DNA of 64,000 nucleotides from Malacoraja senta (taxonomy: Eukaryota). The stretch is from contig CM075994.1 in assembly GCA_038087875.1 (NCBI GenBank), positions 6,264,001-6,328,000 on the forward strand, written 5' to 3'. Shown here in pieces: positions 49,904-62,650 of the stretch; positions within the stretch are counted from its first letter, which is position 1; the number at the start of each line of letters is the position of its first letter. The position numbers and the translations under genes are program-made. Below the pieces are notes generated by a model. It saw only the letters and a list, made by a program, of their open reading frames with translations. It had not been told where the DNA came from and ran no database searches.

Positions 49904-52404
49904 GTCAGTACCTTAGAATGTTATTCTTTGTCCAATTCCAGGTAATAACCTGTAACCCATCTCCCCCCACCCCTCCCCTCCATTCCCTCTGCCTTACAAG
50001 TTTGTGCGCCTATTTCTCCCACTATCCCTCCCCTAATCCTTCAAGGATTTGACCGTGGATGGAATGCGCCAAGAATTAATTGGTGAAACTGTGGATATGC
50101 GAGAGGCTTGGATAGAGTGGATGTGGAGAGGATGTTTCCACTAGTGGGAGTGTCTAGGACTCCAGGTCATAGCCTCAGAATTAAAGGACGATATTTTAGG
50201 AAGATGAGGAGGAATTTCTCTTGTCAGGGTGGTGAATCTGTGGAATTCTTTGTCACAGAAGGCTGCGGAGGCCGTCAATGGATATTTTTATGGCAGAGAT
50301 GGATTCTTGATTACTACGGGAGTCAGGGGTTATGGAGAGCAGGTAGGGTAATTAGGTTAAGAGGGGGATATAGATCAGCCATGATTCAACCGGAGTAGAT
50401 TTGATGGGACGAATGGCATAATTCTGCTCCTGTCACTTACGACCTTATGGGAGGCCAAAGATGATGGTTTCTGCGGGGATTATAGGGCTGTTTGAAACAA
50501 TAGGCAGGCAGGGGCTAGATTGGGATGGGACATAAATGTAATTTAAAAATACACCAAAGCAATGTTGTCCTATTAGTGAGGCGAGCTGCAGATAGTTGAA
50601 CTCGTGTGGTTTGGACCCTGGCTGCAGATGCTGTCACATTCTATCGCCCACTGCGGTCCCAGACCACACGTAGCGTGAACAGAAATACGCGTGTGATCGG
50701 ATAAACAGATGGGACTGGAACAAGATGCAGCAGAGAGGGCAGTCAGTGTTTAAAGGTACCAACCACATCGTATTTAAGTTGACAAACCCACAGTAACATC
50801 CTCTGACAACAACATTCTGCCTTTTTTCTGTCTGCAATTCTCTAAAGTGAAATGTCGTGGCGGTGACCGATAAGGCATAATCAGAAAAGGACACAAAGTG
50901 CTGGAGTAACTCAGCGGGTCTGGCAGCATCTCTGGAGAGCACGGAAAGGCGACACAGTACTGCTCACGCTGCCACGGCAAGGCCAGCAGCATAATCAAAG
51001 ACGAGTTACAACCTGGCCACTCCCTCTTGTCCCCTCTCCAACGAGGCAAAAGGTACAGAAGTGTGAGATCGCAGACATCCAGATTCAAGGACAGTTTATT
51101 CCCAGCTGTTATCAGGCAACTGAACCATCCGACCACAACCAGAGAGCAGTGCTGATCTACTATCTCCCTCATTGGCGACCCTCGGACTATCCTTGATCGG
51201 ACTTTGCTGGTTTTACCTTGCACTAAACGTTATTCCCTTATCACTGTAAATGACTCGATTGTAATCGTGTGTATTGTCTTTCCGCTGGCTGGTTAGCACG
51301 CAACAAAAGCTTTTCTCTGCACCCCAATTCAGATGACAATAAACAAAACTGTAAACCAAACTGTATTGTACTGGGTCGAGACCTTTCTTGAGACTAATTT
51401 AGTGGAGGTGGGGGAGAACAAGGATGGAAAAGGGGGAGAGGCACGACAAAGTGTGGCAGGTAAAAGGGAGACAGAGGTGAGTGGGGAGCTTGATAGGCAG
51501 GTAGAGTCATAGAGACATACAGCGTGGAAACAAGCCCTTCGGCCTAACTTGCCCACACCGACCAACATGCCCCATCTACATTAGTCCGACCTGCCTGCAT
51601 TTGGCCCATATCCTTCCAAACCTGCCATATCCATGTACCTGACTAATTGTTTCTTGAACGTTGCAATGGTCCCTGCATCAACGTTCATGACTGGAAATAT
51701 GTATTTGAAGGAACTGCAGATGCTGGTTCAAACCATAGGTAGGCACAAAATGCTGGTGTAACTCAGCGGGACAGGCAACATCTCTGGAGAGAAGGAATGG
51801 GTGACGTTTCCAGTCGAGACCCTTCTTCTACTGAAAATATCCTCTTCGCGTCCGTTTCTTCTCGACCTTTCATTATTTGGTAAGTTTCAATGAAATCCTC
51901 CCCTCATCCTTCTAAACTCCAGCGAGTACAGGGTCTTCAAATGCTCCTCATACATTAACCCAATCATCCCTGGGATCATGCTCGTAAACCTCCTCTAGAC
52001 CCTCTGCAATGCGAGCACATCCTGCACATCCTTCCTCAGTTATGAGACCCAAACCTGTACACAGTATTGCAAATGTGGCCTCACCAACACCTTAGAAGTT
52101 AATGGAGCCAATTAACCTACAAACCTGTACATCTTTTGAGTGCGGCAGGAAACCGGAGCACCCGGAGAAAACCCACAGGTTCAAAGGGAGAACGTGCAAA
52201 CTCAGTAAATGCAGCACCCGAGGTCAGGATCGAACCTGGGTCTCCGGCGCTGTAAGGCAGTAACTCTACGGCTGTGCCACCGTGCGACGTACAGCACAGA
52301 AACTGGCCCTTCGGCCCAATTTCCCATGTCATCAAATGCTCCTCATATGTTAACCCAATCATCACCAGGGCCATTCTCGTATCCCTTGCACTGTGCGTTA
52401 CAAG

Positions 52405-52950
52405 CCTGAGTCACATACACACAAGGTCTAAATACATGGTCCACTGACAACCTGCGGCGAGGGACAGACCGTGTTCCATGTGTATATGGAGTGCGAGATG
52501 CTGCAGTCCCTGTACCAGTATCTGAAGGGGCTGCTCCTCATGTTCTGGTTGTAATTTAGTCTCACGATGTTGGTATTTGGGCACAAGGCAGGGAGTGGGG
52601 AGGATCGATCCGGAGGGTGGGATCTCCCTGTCGGTCTGCTCCTGGGCCTGGCCAAGATGGCCATCCACGGGTCCAGGCAGCGGGAGGCAATGCTCACACC
52701 TGAGTCATCTGCCTGAACTCTTCTGGGGCTACGTCCGTGCCCGCATGTCCCTGGAGAGGGAACACACACGCGTTGTCGACGGGGACTCTGGAGGCCTTCC
52801 GTCAATGCTGGTCATTAGAGGGGGGGGGGGCGGTTGGTGACTGTATTGTAGACAAGGTCGGTACTATTGTATCATAATGACTGCCTGATGTAATTTGACC
52901 ATTGAAAGTCGTGTACTTTCTCCTCTATTGTATAGTGTAAACTGAATAAA
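52405..52950 (+). mobile_element. Tx1-like LINE 3' fragment
   Basis: CGEGQTVFHVYMEC…LLLGLAKMAIH motif; aataaa tail. Confidence 0.6.
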
Positions 52951-52999
52951 GCTTGAAAGAAGGGAGAAAAATGGCCCACTGACATTCTTCCCTTTCAAG

Positions 53000-53471
53000 C
53001 CACAGAGAGATTTATGTGAACTGGATGCCAGTGGAGGAGAGGAAACATAGAAACGTAGAAAATAGCTGGAGGAGTAGGCCATTCGGCCCTTCGAGCCAGC
53101 ACCGCCATTCAATATGATCATGGCTGATCATCCAAAATCAGTGCCCCGTTCCTGCTTTTTTTCCCATATCCCTCGATCCCTTTGGCCCTAAGAGCTAAAT
53201 CTAATTCTCTCTTGAATACATCCAGTGAATTGGCCTCCACTGTCTTCTGTGGCAGAGAATTCCACAGATTTACAACTCTCTGGGTGAAAATGTTTTTCCT
53301 CAACTCCGTTCTAAATGGCCTACCCCTTATTATTAAACTGTGACCCCCTGGTTCTGGACACCCCCAACATCGGGATCATGGGGAATTTTTTTCCTGCATC
53401 GGAAAATCGGAAGGCACAGCTCACCACGATATACGATAAGATAAAATTTAATCCCGATCTGGACACTGCAG
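53000..53471 (+). pseudogene. CD2/SLAM-like gene exon 5 (ITSM exon), disrupted by CR1
   Basis: Removing 53046-53405 gives phase 0-1 PQRDLCELDASGGEENRKAQLTTIYDKIKFNPDLDTA(G); as assembled, TAG at 53048-53050; donor CAG|gcagga. Confidence 0.78.
53046..53400 (-). mobile_element. 5'-truncated CR1 inserted in exon 5
   Basis: FTQRVVNLWNSLPQK…; CR1 tail repeat; GGAAA at 53041-45 and 53401-05. Confidence 0.9.
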
Positions 53472-53737
53472 GCAGGAACGAACGAGGGAAAGGCGCTCTC
53501 TGCCCAACGTTTATCGTTCGATGCATCAAATCTAACCACCTGCTTGAATTGTGCCTTGAATTTAGATTAGTTTAGAGATACAAATGGTGGCGCAGCGGTA
53601 GAGTTGCCACCTTACAGCGCCAGAGACCCTGGTTCGATCCTGACTACGGGTGCGGTTTTGTACGCATTTTACATGTTCTCACGTCACCTGTGTGTCTCCT
53701 CCCTGTTTCCTCCCACACTTCAAATACGCAGCTTGAC

Positions 53738-54778
53738 GGTACACAAAAATGCTGGAGAAACTCAGCGCGTGCAGCAGCATCTATGGAGCGAAGGAAATAG
53801 GCAACGTTTCAGGCCGAAACCCTTCTTCAGACTGATGGGGGGGTGGGGAGAAAAAAGGAAAAAGGCGGAGGAGGAGCCCGAGGGCTGAGGGATAGAAAGA
53901 GACAGCCCGAGGGCCGAGGAAGGGGAAGAGACAGCAAGGGCTAACAGAATAGGGAGAATTCAATGTTCATGCCCCCAGGATGCAGACTCCCCAAGCGGAA
54001 TATGAGGTGCTGTACCTCCAATTTCTGATGTTGCTCGCTCTGGCCATGGAGGAGACCCAGGACAGAGAGGTCGGATACGGAATGGGAGGGGGAGTTGAAG
54101 TGCTGAGCCACCGGGAGGTCAGGTTGGTTATTGCGGACTGAGCGGAGGTGTTCGGCGAAATGATCGGCAAGCCTCCGCTTGGTCTCACCGATGTAGATCA
54201 GCTGACATCTAGAGCAGCGGATGCAATAGATGATGTTGGAGGAGATGCAGGTGAACCTCAGTCGCACCTGGAACGACTACTTAGGTCCTTGAATGGAGTC
54301 GAGGGGAGAGGTGAAGGGACAAGTGTTGCATCTCTTGCGGTTGCAAGGTAAAGTGCCCGGGGAGGGGGTGGTACGGGAAGAAAGGGAAGAATTGACAAGG
54401 GAGTTACGGAGGGAGCGGTCTTTGCGGAAGGCAGACATGGGGGGAGATGGGAAGATGTGGTGAGTGGTGGGGTCACGTTGGAGGTGGCGAAACTGACGGA
54501 GGATCACTTGTTGTATGTGACGGCTGGTGGTGTGAAAGGTGAGGACTAGGGGGACTCTGCCCTTGTTGCGAGTGGGGGGATGGGGAGAGAGAGCAGTGTT
54601 GCGGGGTATGGAAGAGACCCTGGTGCGAGCCTCATCTATGGTGGAGGAGGGGAACCCCGTTCCCTGAAGAATGGGGACATTTCAGATGCCCTGGTGTGGA
54701 ACGCCTCATCCTGGGAGCAGATGCGGCGTAGATGGAGGAATTGGGAGATGGGGATGGAGTCCTTACAGGAAGCAGGGT
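53738..54778 (-). mobile_element. Penelope-like element 3' fragment (GIY-YIG) with hammerhead motif at ~53797-53833
   Basis: YIGETKRRLADHFAEH; same family as 34676-36279. Confidence 0.88.
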
Positions 54779-54832
54779 GACGTGCAGGTTTGTAGGTTAA
54801 TTTGCTTCGTGTATGTGTAAATTGTCCCCAGT

Positions 54833-57793
54833 CACTGGGCAGAAATCCTGGGGGGCGGGCTGTCCCCCCCCCCCCCCATGTTTTGAGAGGTGGGGGACAG
54901 CCGCCCCATGTTTTGTGAAACATGTTGCAGCAAAACCGCCAGGGGATGGCTATAAATTTGGATGTACGATTCTGCTCTTACAGACGGATTTTTAAAATAT
55001 CGGCCCGACTTCCTGTTTCATTTTGCTGCTTAAAAAATGCAAGGATATAAAAAGTCATACTGTACCTCTAAATATTATAGCAGATTAAATCTATTAGTAT
55101 TTTAAATTTCAAGATCTGGATGATTATTTTTGTAAGCTTTCATCTACCTGTCCCTCTCCAGGTTTAAACAGCGCTGTCAGTGTAGCACGTGGGAATTTAA
55201 ACGGAGAGCTGTCGGCTACACCTCTATGGTTTCTAAATATAGCGCTACTGGCTGGAGTGCTATGGGCTTTACACATAGCGCAATGGCCACAGCGCTGTGG
55301 GTCACAGACTGTTCGTGGAGGGAGAAGGAGGGAGAGAGAGAGTGAGATGGAGGTAGGGAATAAGAGAGGGAGGGAGAAAAAAGGAAGTAGAGAGGAAAGA
55401 CGGAGAGGGAGGGTGAGGGAGGGAAAGAGATGAAGGAGGGAGAGAGAGTAAGGGAGGGAGAGAGAGGCTTCCTAAGTGGCTTCTACATCATCATCTGGTG
55501 CTAAAAGCAGGAAGCAGCTGCAGTTCTTTGCTTCACATCCGCAGCAGAACTTATCTTTTCACCTCTATAATACTGAAGAATGAAACACTTGAGATGCTAA
55601 CTCTTCGCAAGAGGCATTGAATTGACAGTACAACGCAGAGAATGGCTGTAATTAATGCTTTTACTGTATAAATCAGTAATAAATTACATGTCAAAGCAGG
55701 GGATAGAAAATGAGTTATTAGTCTGAAATTTATATTCAGTTAAAGAGAACTACTCATGTTAATGATGGATATAAGGTTTGGATCTGAAAAGCATTGGTGT
55801 GTTGTCAGTGAATGCAATGAGATGGTATTATATCCTCCCTCCTCTCCCCCCCTTCCTCCCCAACCCCTCTTCACTCCCCTCCCCACCTCCCCCTCCCACC
55901 ACCAATCACCTCCTGTCCCCATCCCCTCGTCTCTTTTCTCCCTCTCCTCATCCTCTCTCTCCCTCCTCTTTTACCCTACCCTCTCCTCTTCCTCTCCCAT
56001 TCTCCCTCCCCCTCTACCCCCATCACCTTTCCTCCCCTTCCCCTCCTCTCCTCCTAGCCTCCACAACCCCCACTCTTCCTCTCCCTGTACCCTTCCTCCC
56101 ATCTTCCTCCCTCCTCCTACCCCCCTCATCCTACCCTCCCCCTCCTCTCTCCCCCTCTTCCTCTCCTTCCCCATTCTCTCCCCTCACCCATCACCTCATC
56201 TCCCCTCGCCCCCCTCGCTCTATCCCTCTTCTCTCCCCTCTCTCCCCCTCCTCCCTATTCTCTCCCCACCTGCTCTCCCTTCCCCCTTCCCCCCCGCTTC
56301 ACGTCTCCCTCTCCCCTCCCTTCCCCGCCCCTGCTCTCCTCCCCTCACCACTCCTCCCCATCACCTCCTCTCCTCTCCCTCCCTCTACCCTTCTCTCTCC
56401 CCCCTCTCCTCACCCCTCTCTACCCCTCCTCTCATCCTCCCCATTCTCTCTCCTCCCCATCACCTTCAATCCCTTCCCTCCCTCTCCCCTTATCTCTCTT
56501 CCCCTGAGCACCTCGCCCCTCCTCTCTTCCCCTGCCCCCCACCCCATCCTCACCCATTCTCTGCCATTCCTTTCCCCTCTCTCTCCCTCTTCTCGCCGCT
56601 CTCTCCCCTCCTCTCCCCACTCCTCCTCTCCTCCCCCCTACTCTCTTGTCCCCCTCTTTCCCCTCCTCTCCCTTCTGCATCACCCCCCTCCTCTCTCCTG
56701 TTGTTCCAAATCAAACCACTTCAATTTAGCTCAATACGATACAGAGTGCAGGAGGAACAGAGTCCCTGACCCGCTGAGTTACGCGACCAATCGTATCGTT
56801 GGAATGGTTTGGTTTGGAACAGTAGGCGTGAACACACTTACCTTTGGAGAATGCCTTTCACTTCCTAAACAAACAAAACCAAACACATTTAATGCACCGA
56901 GCCATAAGCTTTAACCAGAGATGCGGATGACAGAAATCAAACTGTCAAAGGGCGGAAATCGCTGACAAAACATGGGGTGGGGGGCACAATTTCTTGGTGG
57001 CCGCGCACACACACAAGCGCAAGGCTTCGGCCGAGGGCCCAGTGGACGGTAACATCGGGAGCTGACCTGGTTGGTGACCGACTCCGAACACCAGCAACAG
57101 CAGCTTCTTCCGCCCCGAATCGTGGGGCTTGAATCGGCCTGTTTGCGGGACCTTTCATCGCCTGTCGAGGCTTCAACATCGGGAGCCTCGATCGCCTCGA
57201 TGCAGCAGTTTGATTTTAAGCCGCTCCGGGCGATGAAAGGCCCCGCGAACGGGCCGATTCAGAAAGCGTCTGATACCCGCTTGAATCTTTCAAAAGCTAC
57301 AATGTGAAAAATAACACACAAATAAAAGCAAATAAGGCCAACAGAAGAACCAAACTTGGAAGGGGGAGAGAGAAAGATGGGAAAAACATATTTAATTACG
57401 GGAGTGACCATGAATGAGGGACTTACCTGCAAGCCAGCCAGGAAACCCGTTCGACTGGAGCCTGATGACCTGACCCGTTGAAATCCGATACCCGTTTAAA
57501 TCTTTCCCATCCACCAATACATCCAATTAGTTCAAATGGCAATTGTACCCACATCAGACAGCTTTGGAAGGTCAAAATACAATTGGTGACACATTGTGTT
57601 AATATTGTGTTAATAGAGGCATTTTACAAGCGTTTAACAGTGACACCCCCACTGTCTCGCGGAAAGCAGAGATTATAATAGTTTTTTTCACTGAATTTTA
57701 AAATCCGGATTATAAAACATGGGGGGGGATTGTCCCCCGCCTCTCAAAACATGGGAAGGACGTATCCCCCATCCCCCAGGATTTCCGCCCATG
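54833..57793. mobile_element. Non-autonomous hAT-like DNA element with terminal/subterminal inverted repeats
   Basis: Left CACTGGGCAGAAATCCTGGGGG…CCCATGTTTTGAGAGG; right CCTCTCAAAACATGGG…CCCCCAGGATTTCCGCCCATG; no TSD seen. Confidence 0.6.
55835..56700 (+). repeat. ~870-bp polypyrimidine low-complexity tract (purine tract at 55320-55465)
   Basis: Direct. Confidence 0.95.
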
Positions 57794-58389
57794 CCTTCTC
57801 CCCCTAAACCACTGATCCCCCCACACCCTCCATTGCTGCACTTTACTCCTAACCTCACTCGCAGCGGTAGAGTTGCTGTCTCGCAGCGTCAGAGACACGG
57901 GTTCGATCCTGATCACGGGTGCTGTCTGCAGGGCCTATGAAAGGGGGGTGTAGGGGGTACATCATACCCGGGCCTGAGGTCAAAAGAGGGCCCGGGAGCC
58001 AAAGGAGGGGGGCCTGGAACTTCTTGAAATCTCAGAGAATGTTTGCATATATTTTGTGAAGACTAGCATTCACATTTTGTGTGACCCGACATAGTTTTAT
58101 ATATCATAATTCGTAGAAATTGTGATCCATAATAAAGCGGGGAATTTTAACTAGCGGGTGTGAGGTCAGGGTAACCTGATTAAAAGAGGGGGAAGGGGAA
58201 GACCCATCACTACTGAGGAGGGTGGGGGGAGCACTAGGACGCAGCAGAGTCAGTCCACGTGCTGTCTGCATCGTGGAGGTTGTGGGCCTCGTGCTGCGCC
58301 TGGAACTCTGGTGAGGTGACGGCTCTGGCCCGCTGGTGGCAGGTGGAGAGGCGAGGGTCGGCGGAGTCACCGGTGGAGGGACTGGTCTG

Positions 58390-58762
58390 GAGTGGGTGGT
58401 GCGTGTGTTTGTGAGTGGGTGTGGGTGAGTGTGTGGGTGTGGGTGTGTGTTTGTGAGTGGGCGTGGGTGTGTGTTTGTGAGTGTGTGTGTGTGGGTGTGG
58501 GTGTGGGTGTGTGAGTGGGTGGATGGGTGTGAGTGGATATGGGTGGGTGGGTGTGTGGGTGGGTGTGTGTGAGTGGGTGTGAGATGGTGTGGGTGGGTGT
58601 GAGTGGGAGTGAGTGGGTGCGAGTGAGGTAAGTGGGTCTGGGTGTTCGTGGGTGTGCGTGAATGGGTGGGTGTGTGTGGGTGTTGGTGTGGGTGTTGGTG
58701 TGTGTGTTGGAGTGTTTGGGCGAGTGTGGGTGTGTGTGAGAGTGAGTGAGTGAGTGTGAGTG
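58390..58762 (+). repeat. GT/GGGT-rich degenerate microsatellite
   Basis: Direct. Confidence 0.9.
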
Positions 58763-60130
58763 AGGGCCAGAGTTGACAGTACTGGCATTCTGAAAATGTA
58801 TGTTTTAGTACAGACTTAATTCTAAGTGCCTGTTTGACACATAGGCAGTATGACGATGGTCGTTTAACCTTGCAACTTAGCGTAGTAGCCTTTGATCACC
58901 CCAAAATAAGTCAGGCCTATAGCCTTTAGGCTTGGATAAAGACGAAAGGCAGCAGGAGCATCGTCTTTTTTCCCCCTTTTTTCATATATAAAAGTATAAA
59001 TTATAAATCATCTCTCCAAAATGTATTCTCACAAATCAGGAGCCAAGAAAAGAAAAGACAAGAAAGATCTAGAGGAAAATGAACAAAGGGGTCAACACAC
59101 GCTCTTTCAATTTGGATTAAGTGCGGTTTCAAAAATGTTTTCATTGAACTCACCTATAGAATTGGAGCAAGAAGAAACTGTTGGAAACCTCATCCACAAA
59201 CAAGGAGCAGTTGATCTGGGTAATCATGCACAGGATTTTGATGAAGGGGCAGATGCAGAAAATGAAAAAGGAAAACAGAAAGAAACAGACTTACAGGCAC
59301 ATGTGGAAGTGAATTTGGAAGACGAGAGGAGTAATTATAATGTACACCTTGACATTGGATGTATCACAACCGAGTTTCCATCTCAAAAGGAAATAGAAAG
59401 GTATGTTACGAATGGTCACATCCCTCTGCCTAAAACATTCCCAAAAGACACCTGCAATCAAGTTTTCCCAGAAAGCATACTGACATTTCAAAGCACCAGT
59501 GGAGAACTACATGTAAGAGAGTGGCTTGTCTGGAGTCAACAGAAACAAGCATTATATTGCTTTCCATGTCGATTACTTTTGCACAAAAAGGTCAAGACTA
59601 GCATTTCTGCATCTACATCTGCACTGGTATCTGCTGAAGGCTGGGATTCTAATGGGAAGTGGCGGAAACGTTCCTACAGGATCCCAAAACATGAAAAAGG
59701 CAATCGTCACAGAATGTTACCTGGCTTGGGGAGAACTGGAAAGACGCCTGCTGTCTGGGACGGGAGTTGACGCCATCTTTGAAGCATCAATCAAAACTGA
59801 AGCTGTGAAATGGTACAATCTTTTAAAGCGCATCATCGATGTTGTACTCTTCTTGGGAGAAGGTGGTCTGGCATTTACTGGTTCATCCCATCGAATTGAT
59901 GATTCAAACACTGGAAACTTTATAGGACATTGAACTGCTCTCCAGGTGGGACCCCATCTTTCAGGAACATGTACTAAATGTAGAGGAGTCATAGAAAAGG
60001 AGTGAGCAGCTTCAAGTTCATTATCTGTCCCCTGACTCACAAAATGAATTCATTGCAGAGTGCTTGAATCTTGTGAAACAACACATTTTGCTTGAGAGGC
60101 AATCTGCAAAGTACTTTGCAGTAATAGTAG

Positions 60131-60132
<2 letters not shown>

Positions 60133-60202
<70 letters not shown>

Positions 60203-60548
60203 GACAGAGTTGACGTGGATAAGCATTTTCCATTGAGAGTAGGGAAGATTCAAACAAGAGGACATGATTTGAGAATTAAGGGACAGAAGTTTAGGGGTAA
60301 CATGAGGGGGAACTTCTTTACTCAGAGAGTGGTAGCTGTGTGGAATGAGCTTCCAGTGGAAGTGGTGGAGGCAGGTTCGATTTTATCATTTAAAAATAAA
60401 TTGGATAGGTATATGGACGGGAAAGGAATGGAGGGTTATCGTCTGAGTGCAGGTAGATGGGACTAGGTGAGAGTAAGTGTTCGGCACGGACTAGAAGGGC
60501 TGAGATGGCCTGTTTCCGTGCTGTAATTGTTATATGGTTATATGGTTA
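60133..60548 (+). mobile_element. 5'-truncated CR1 with (AAT)~23 at its 5' junction, inserted in the hAT transposase
   Basis: TAGAT at 60128-32 and 60549-53; same family as the CR1 at 6301-7126. Confidence 0.9.
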
Positions 60549-61810
60549 TAGATGCCACACCAGATTCCTCCCATATTGAACAAACAACATTTATTTTGAA
60601 ATACGTACTTTTAAAAGAAACGCAGTATGAGATTCAAGAAAGATTTCTCAAGTTTGCAGATTGTAGCAACAAAAGAGGGGAAGAAATTACTCAGTTGATA
60701 ACTGATACATTGAAAGAACATGCTATTCCTCAGTGATTGTAGAGCTCAAGCCTATGATAATGGGGCAAATATGGCAGGAAAATACAACGGCGCACAAGAA
60801 AAAATACGTGAACAATGCTCAACAGCAATTTTTTCACCTTGCGGTTGTCACACACTCAACTTGTGTGGAAATGCTGCTGCTGAATGCACACCTGAAGCAA
60901 TAACCTTTTACAGAACAATTCAAACTGTGTACCACCTGTTCAGTTCCAGTCCTAAGCGGCGGAAATTTCTACAAAACCGTATGGCTTGTTCACTTAATGG
61001 TATGTCTGAAACAAAATGGTCAGATCGTGTTATATGTGTAAAGCCTTTTGCAGCTCACTTGCCTGGCATTAAATTAGCACTGGAAGACCTCCTAGAACTA
61101 AATTTGACGGCCAAAACAAGAAATGACGTCCATGGAAATTTATTACATGTGACATCTTTTGCCTGTGTTAATGTCAGCTGTGTGGTACAAAATATTACCT
61201 GGCATAGATATTTGCAACATGGTCATTCAAGCTAGAGACGCCACACTGGATGTTGAAGCCGCAAACATAGAAACTCTCCTCATAGATCTGACAAAACTTC
61301 GAAACAACTGGAAATCCATGTGGAATGAAGCTAAATCAGTTAACCTAAAGATAGAAATAAAACTCTCCCTTCGATGTGGTGGAGTTAGGTGCAAGAGGGC
61401 AAGGCTGCATGATGACAGCACACCTGATGCTAACTTGGAGGAAATGAATGACACAGATGATACGCCAGAAGAGGCCTACTTCAGAAAGTGTATGTTTTAT
61501 GTTTTGGTAGACAATGTTACAACAGGATTAACTGTCCGCTTCAATGATGTTAAGCAGTTGGCAGAAATTTTTGATTTCTTGTGGAAATATCTCACCATGT
61601 CTGAAAGTGATGTTGAGAGAAAAGCTTTATCTTAATCAGAGCAATATCCTGCTGACCATAATGGTGACGATTTTGGAAAAGAAATACAACATTTACCCTC
61701 AGTACATAAAGCTAATTTTGTAAATGCACAGTTAAAGCCATTAGATCTGTTGAACTTGTTAACAGAGTACAGACTTCATGACCTGTTTCCAAATGTTTGT
61801 GTTAGCTTAA

Positions 61811-62018
61811 AGGGCCTGTCCCATTTGGGCGTCATTTGCGCGTAACGCGAGCATAGCGTGTGGTAAGACGTGGCCACCACGACTTACCACACGCTATGCT
61901 CGCGTAATGCTCACCATGCGTGCGTCACGACGCGCCATGCGTCGTGATGCGTAAATCATGTTGCGTAAATTATGTTGCGTAAATGTTGCGCAAATAACAC
62001 CCAAGTGGGACGGGCCCT
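61811..62018. mobile_element. PIF/Harbinger-type MITE
   Basis: TIR AGGGCCTGTCCCA…TGGGACGGGCCCT; TAA TSD; removal restores VSLRIRLTIP of the hAT. Confidence 0.85.
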
Positions 62019-62522
62019 TAAGAATACGATTAACAATTCCAGCGACAGTAGCTTCTGCAGAGTGGTCATTTATCAAACTCAAGAATTATTTAAGGTCTAC
62101 AATGTCTCAGGAACGTCTTATGGATTTGGCCCGGCTAAGTATTGTATCAAACATTGCCAGGACAATACATTTTCATGCTGTGATTTGAATTTTCACAAAA
62201 AAGGCCAGGAAAGCTCTTTATTTAAAGTATCTACCTTTTTTAAAAAACTTTTAAACTAATAATTATGTCTTCTGATGATCTGATCTGCATTGAAATATAA
62301 AAGGATGTTTCAATGCGAATTATTTCTCCTTATCTGTATTGTCGAATAAAAAAAGATGTTCAAAACAAATGTGCTTTCTTCTCTCTGATCCTTTTATTTT
62401 GTTTATATTTATTTATATGTATCATGGAGGGAGTATAGGAGCATAAGGCCTCAAATGCAGAAAATCATCAGAGTGCTCCATTCCACCCCTCTCCCATCTT
62501 CCATATCCTTTTGGCCTTACAG

Positions 62523-62650
62523 GCTGCAGCTCATGGCATAAAACCGTAGTGGATAAAAACAGGCAAAATGGAGAAGGAAACTTTGTAGCCACTGATAAAA
62601 TTCCTCTCAGAGGCCCTGCTGACTGTGATGATAATGTCTCCAACAAATGA
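62523..62650 (+). CDS. CD2/SLAM-like gene putative terminal exon 6
   Basis: ccttttggccttacag|, phase 1: (G)CSSWHKTVVDKNRQNGEGNFVATDKIPLRGPADCDDNVSNK*; AATAAA at 62767-72; stop conserved in paralog at 8150. Confidence 0.6.

Larger units (their letters stand above)
57929..62400 (+). mobile_element. hAT (Tip100/ZMYM1-like) DNA transposon; transposase pseudogene ~59021-62190
   Basis: 5' CAGGGCC end; WLVWS…LYCFPCRL zinc finger, GNF, IVDATPD, QAYDNGANMAG, CGCHTLNL, TIPATVASAE..F.KLKNYLRSTMSQERL dimerisation motif; right end not found. Confidence 0.88.

Noticed and set aside
50577..50704. DAVTFYRPL (ITSM-like) after gctgcag
   Set aside because: It needs phase 1 but the TM exon ends in phase 0; poor pyrimidine tract; the 53000 exon fits better
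53585..53650. tRNA gene (TGGCGCAGCGG…GTTCGATCC)
   Set aside because: Head of a tRNA-derived SINE, continuing into the SINE core
55756..56914. 337-aa and 378-aa Pro/Ser/Leu-rich ORFs
   Set aside because: By-products of the polypyrimidine tract
59021..62190. Host ZMYM1/ZNF862-like gene
   Set aside because: Intronless, with frameshifts, stops, nested insertions and a transposon-type 5' end: a dead hAT
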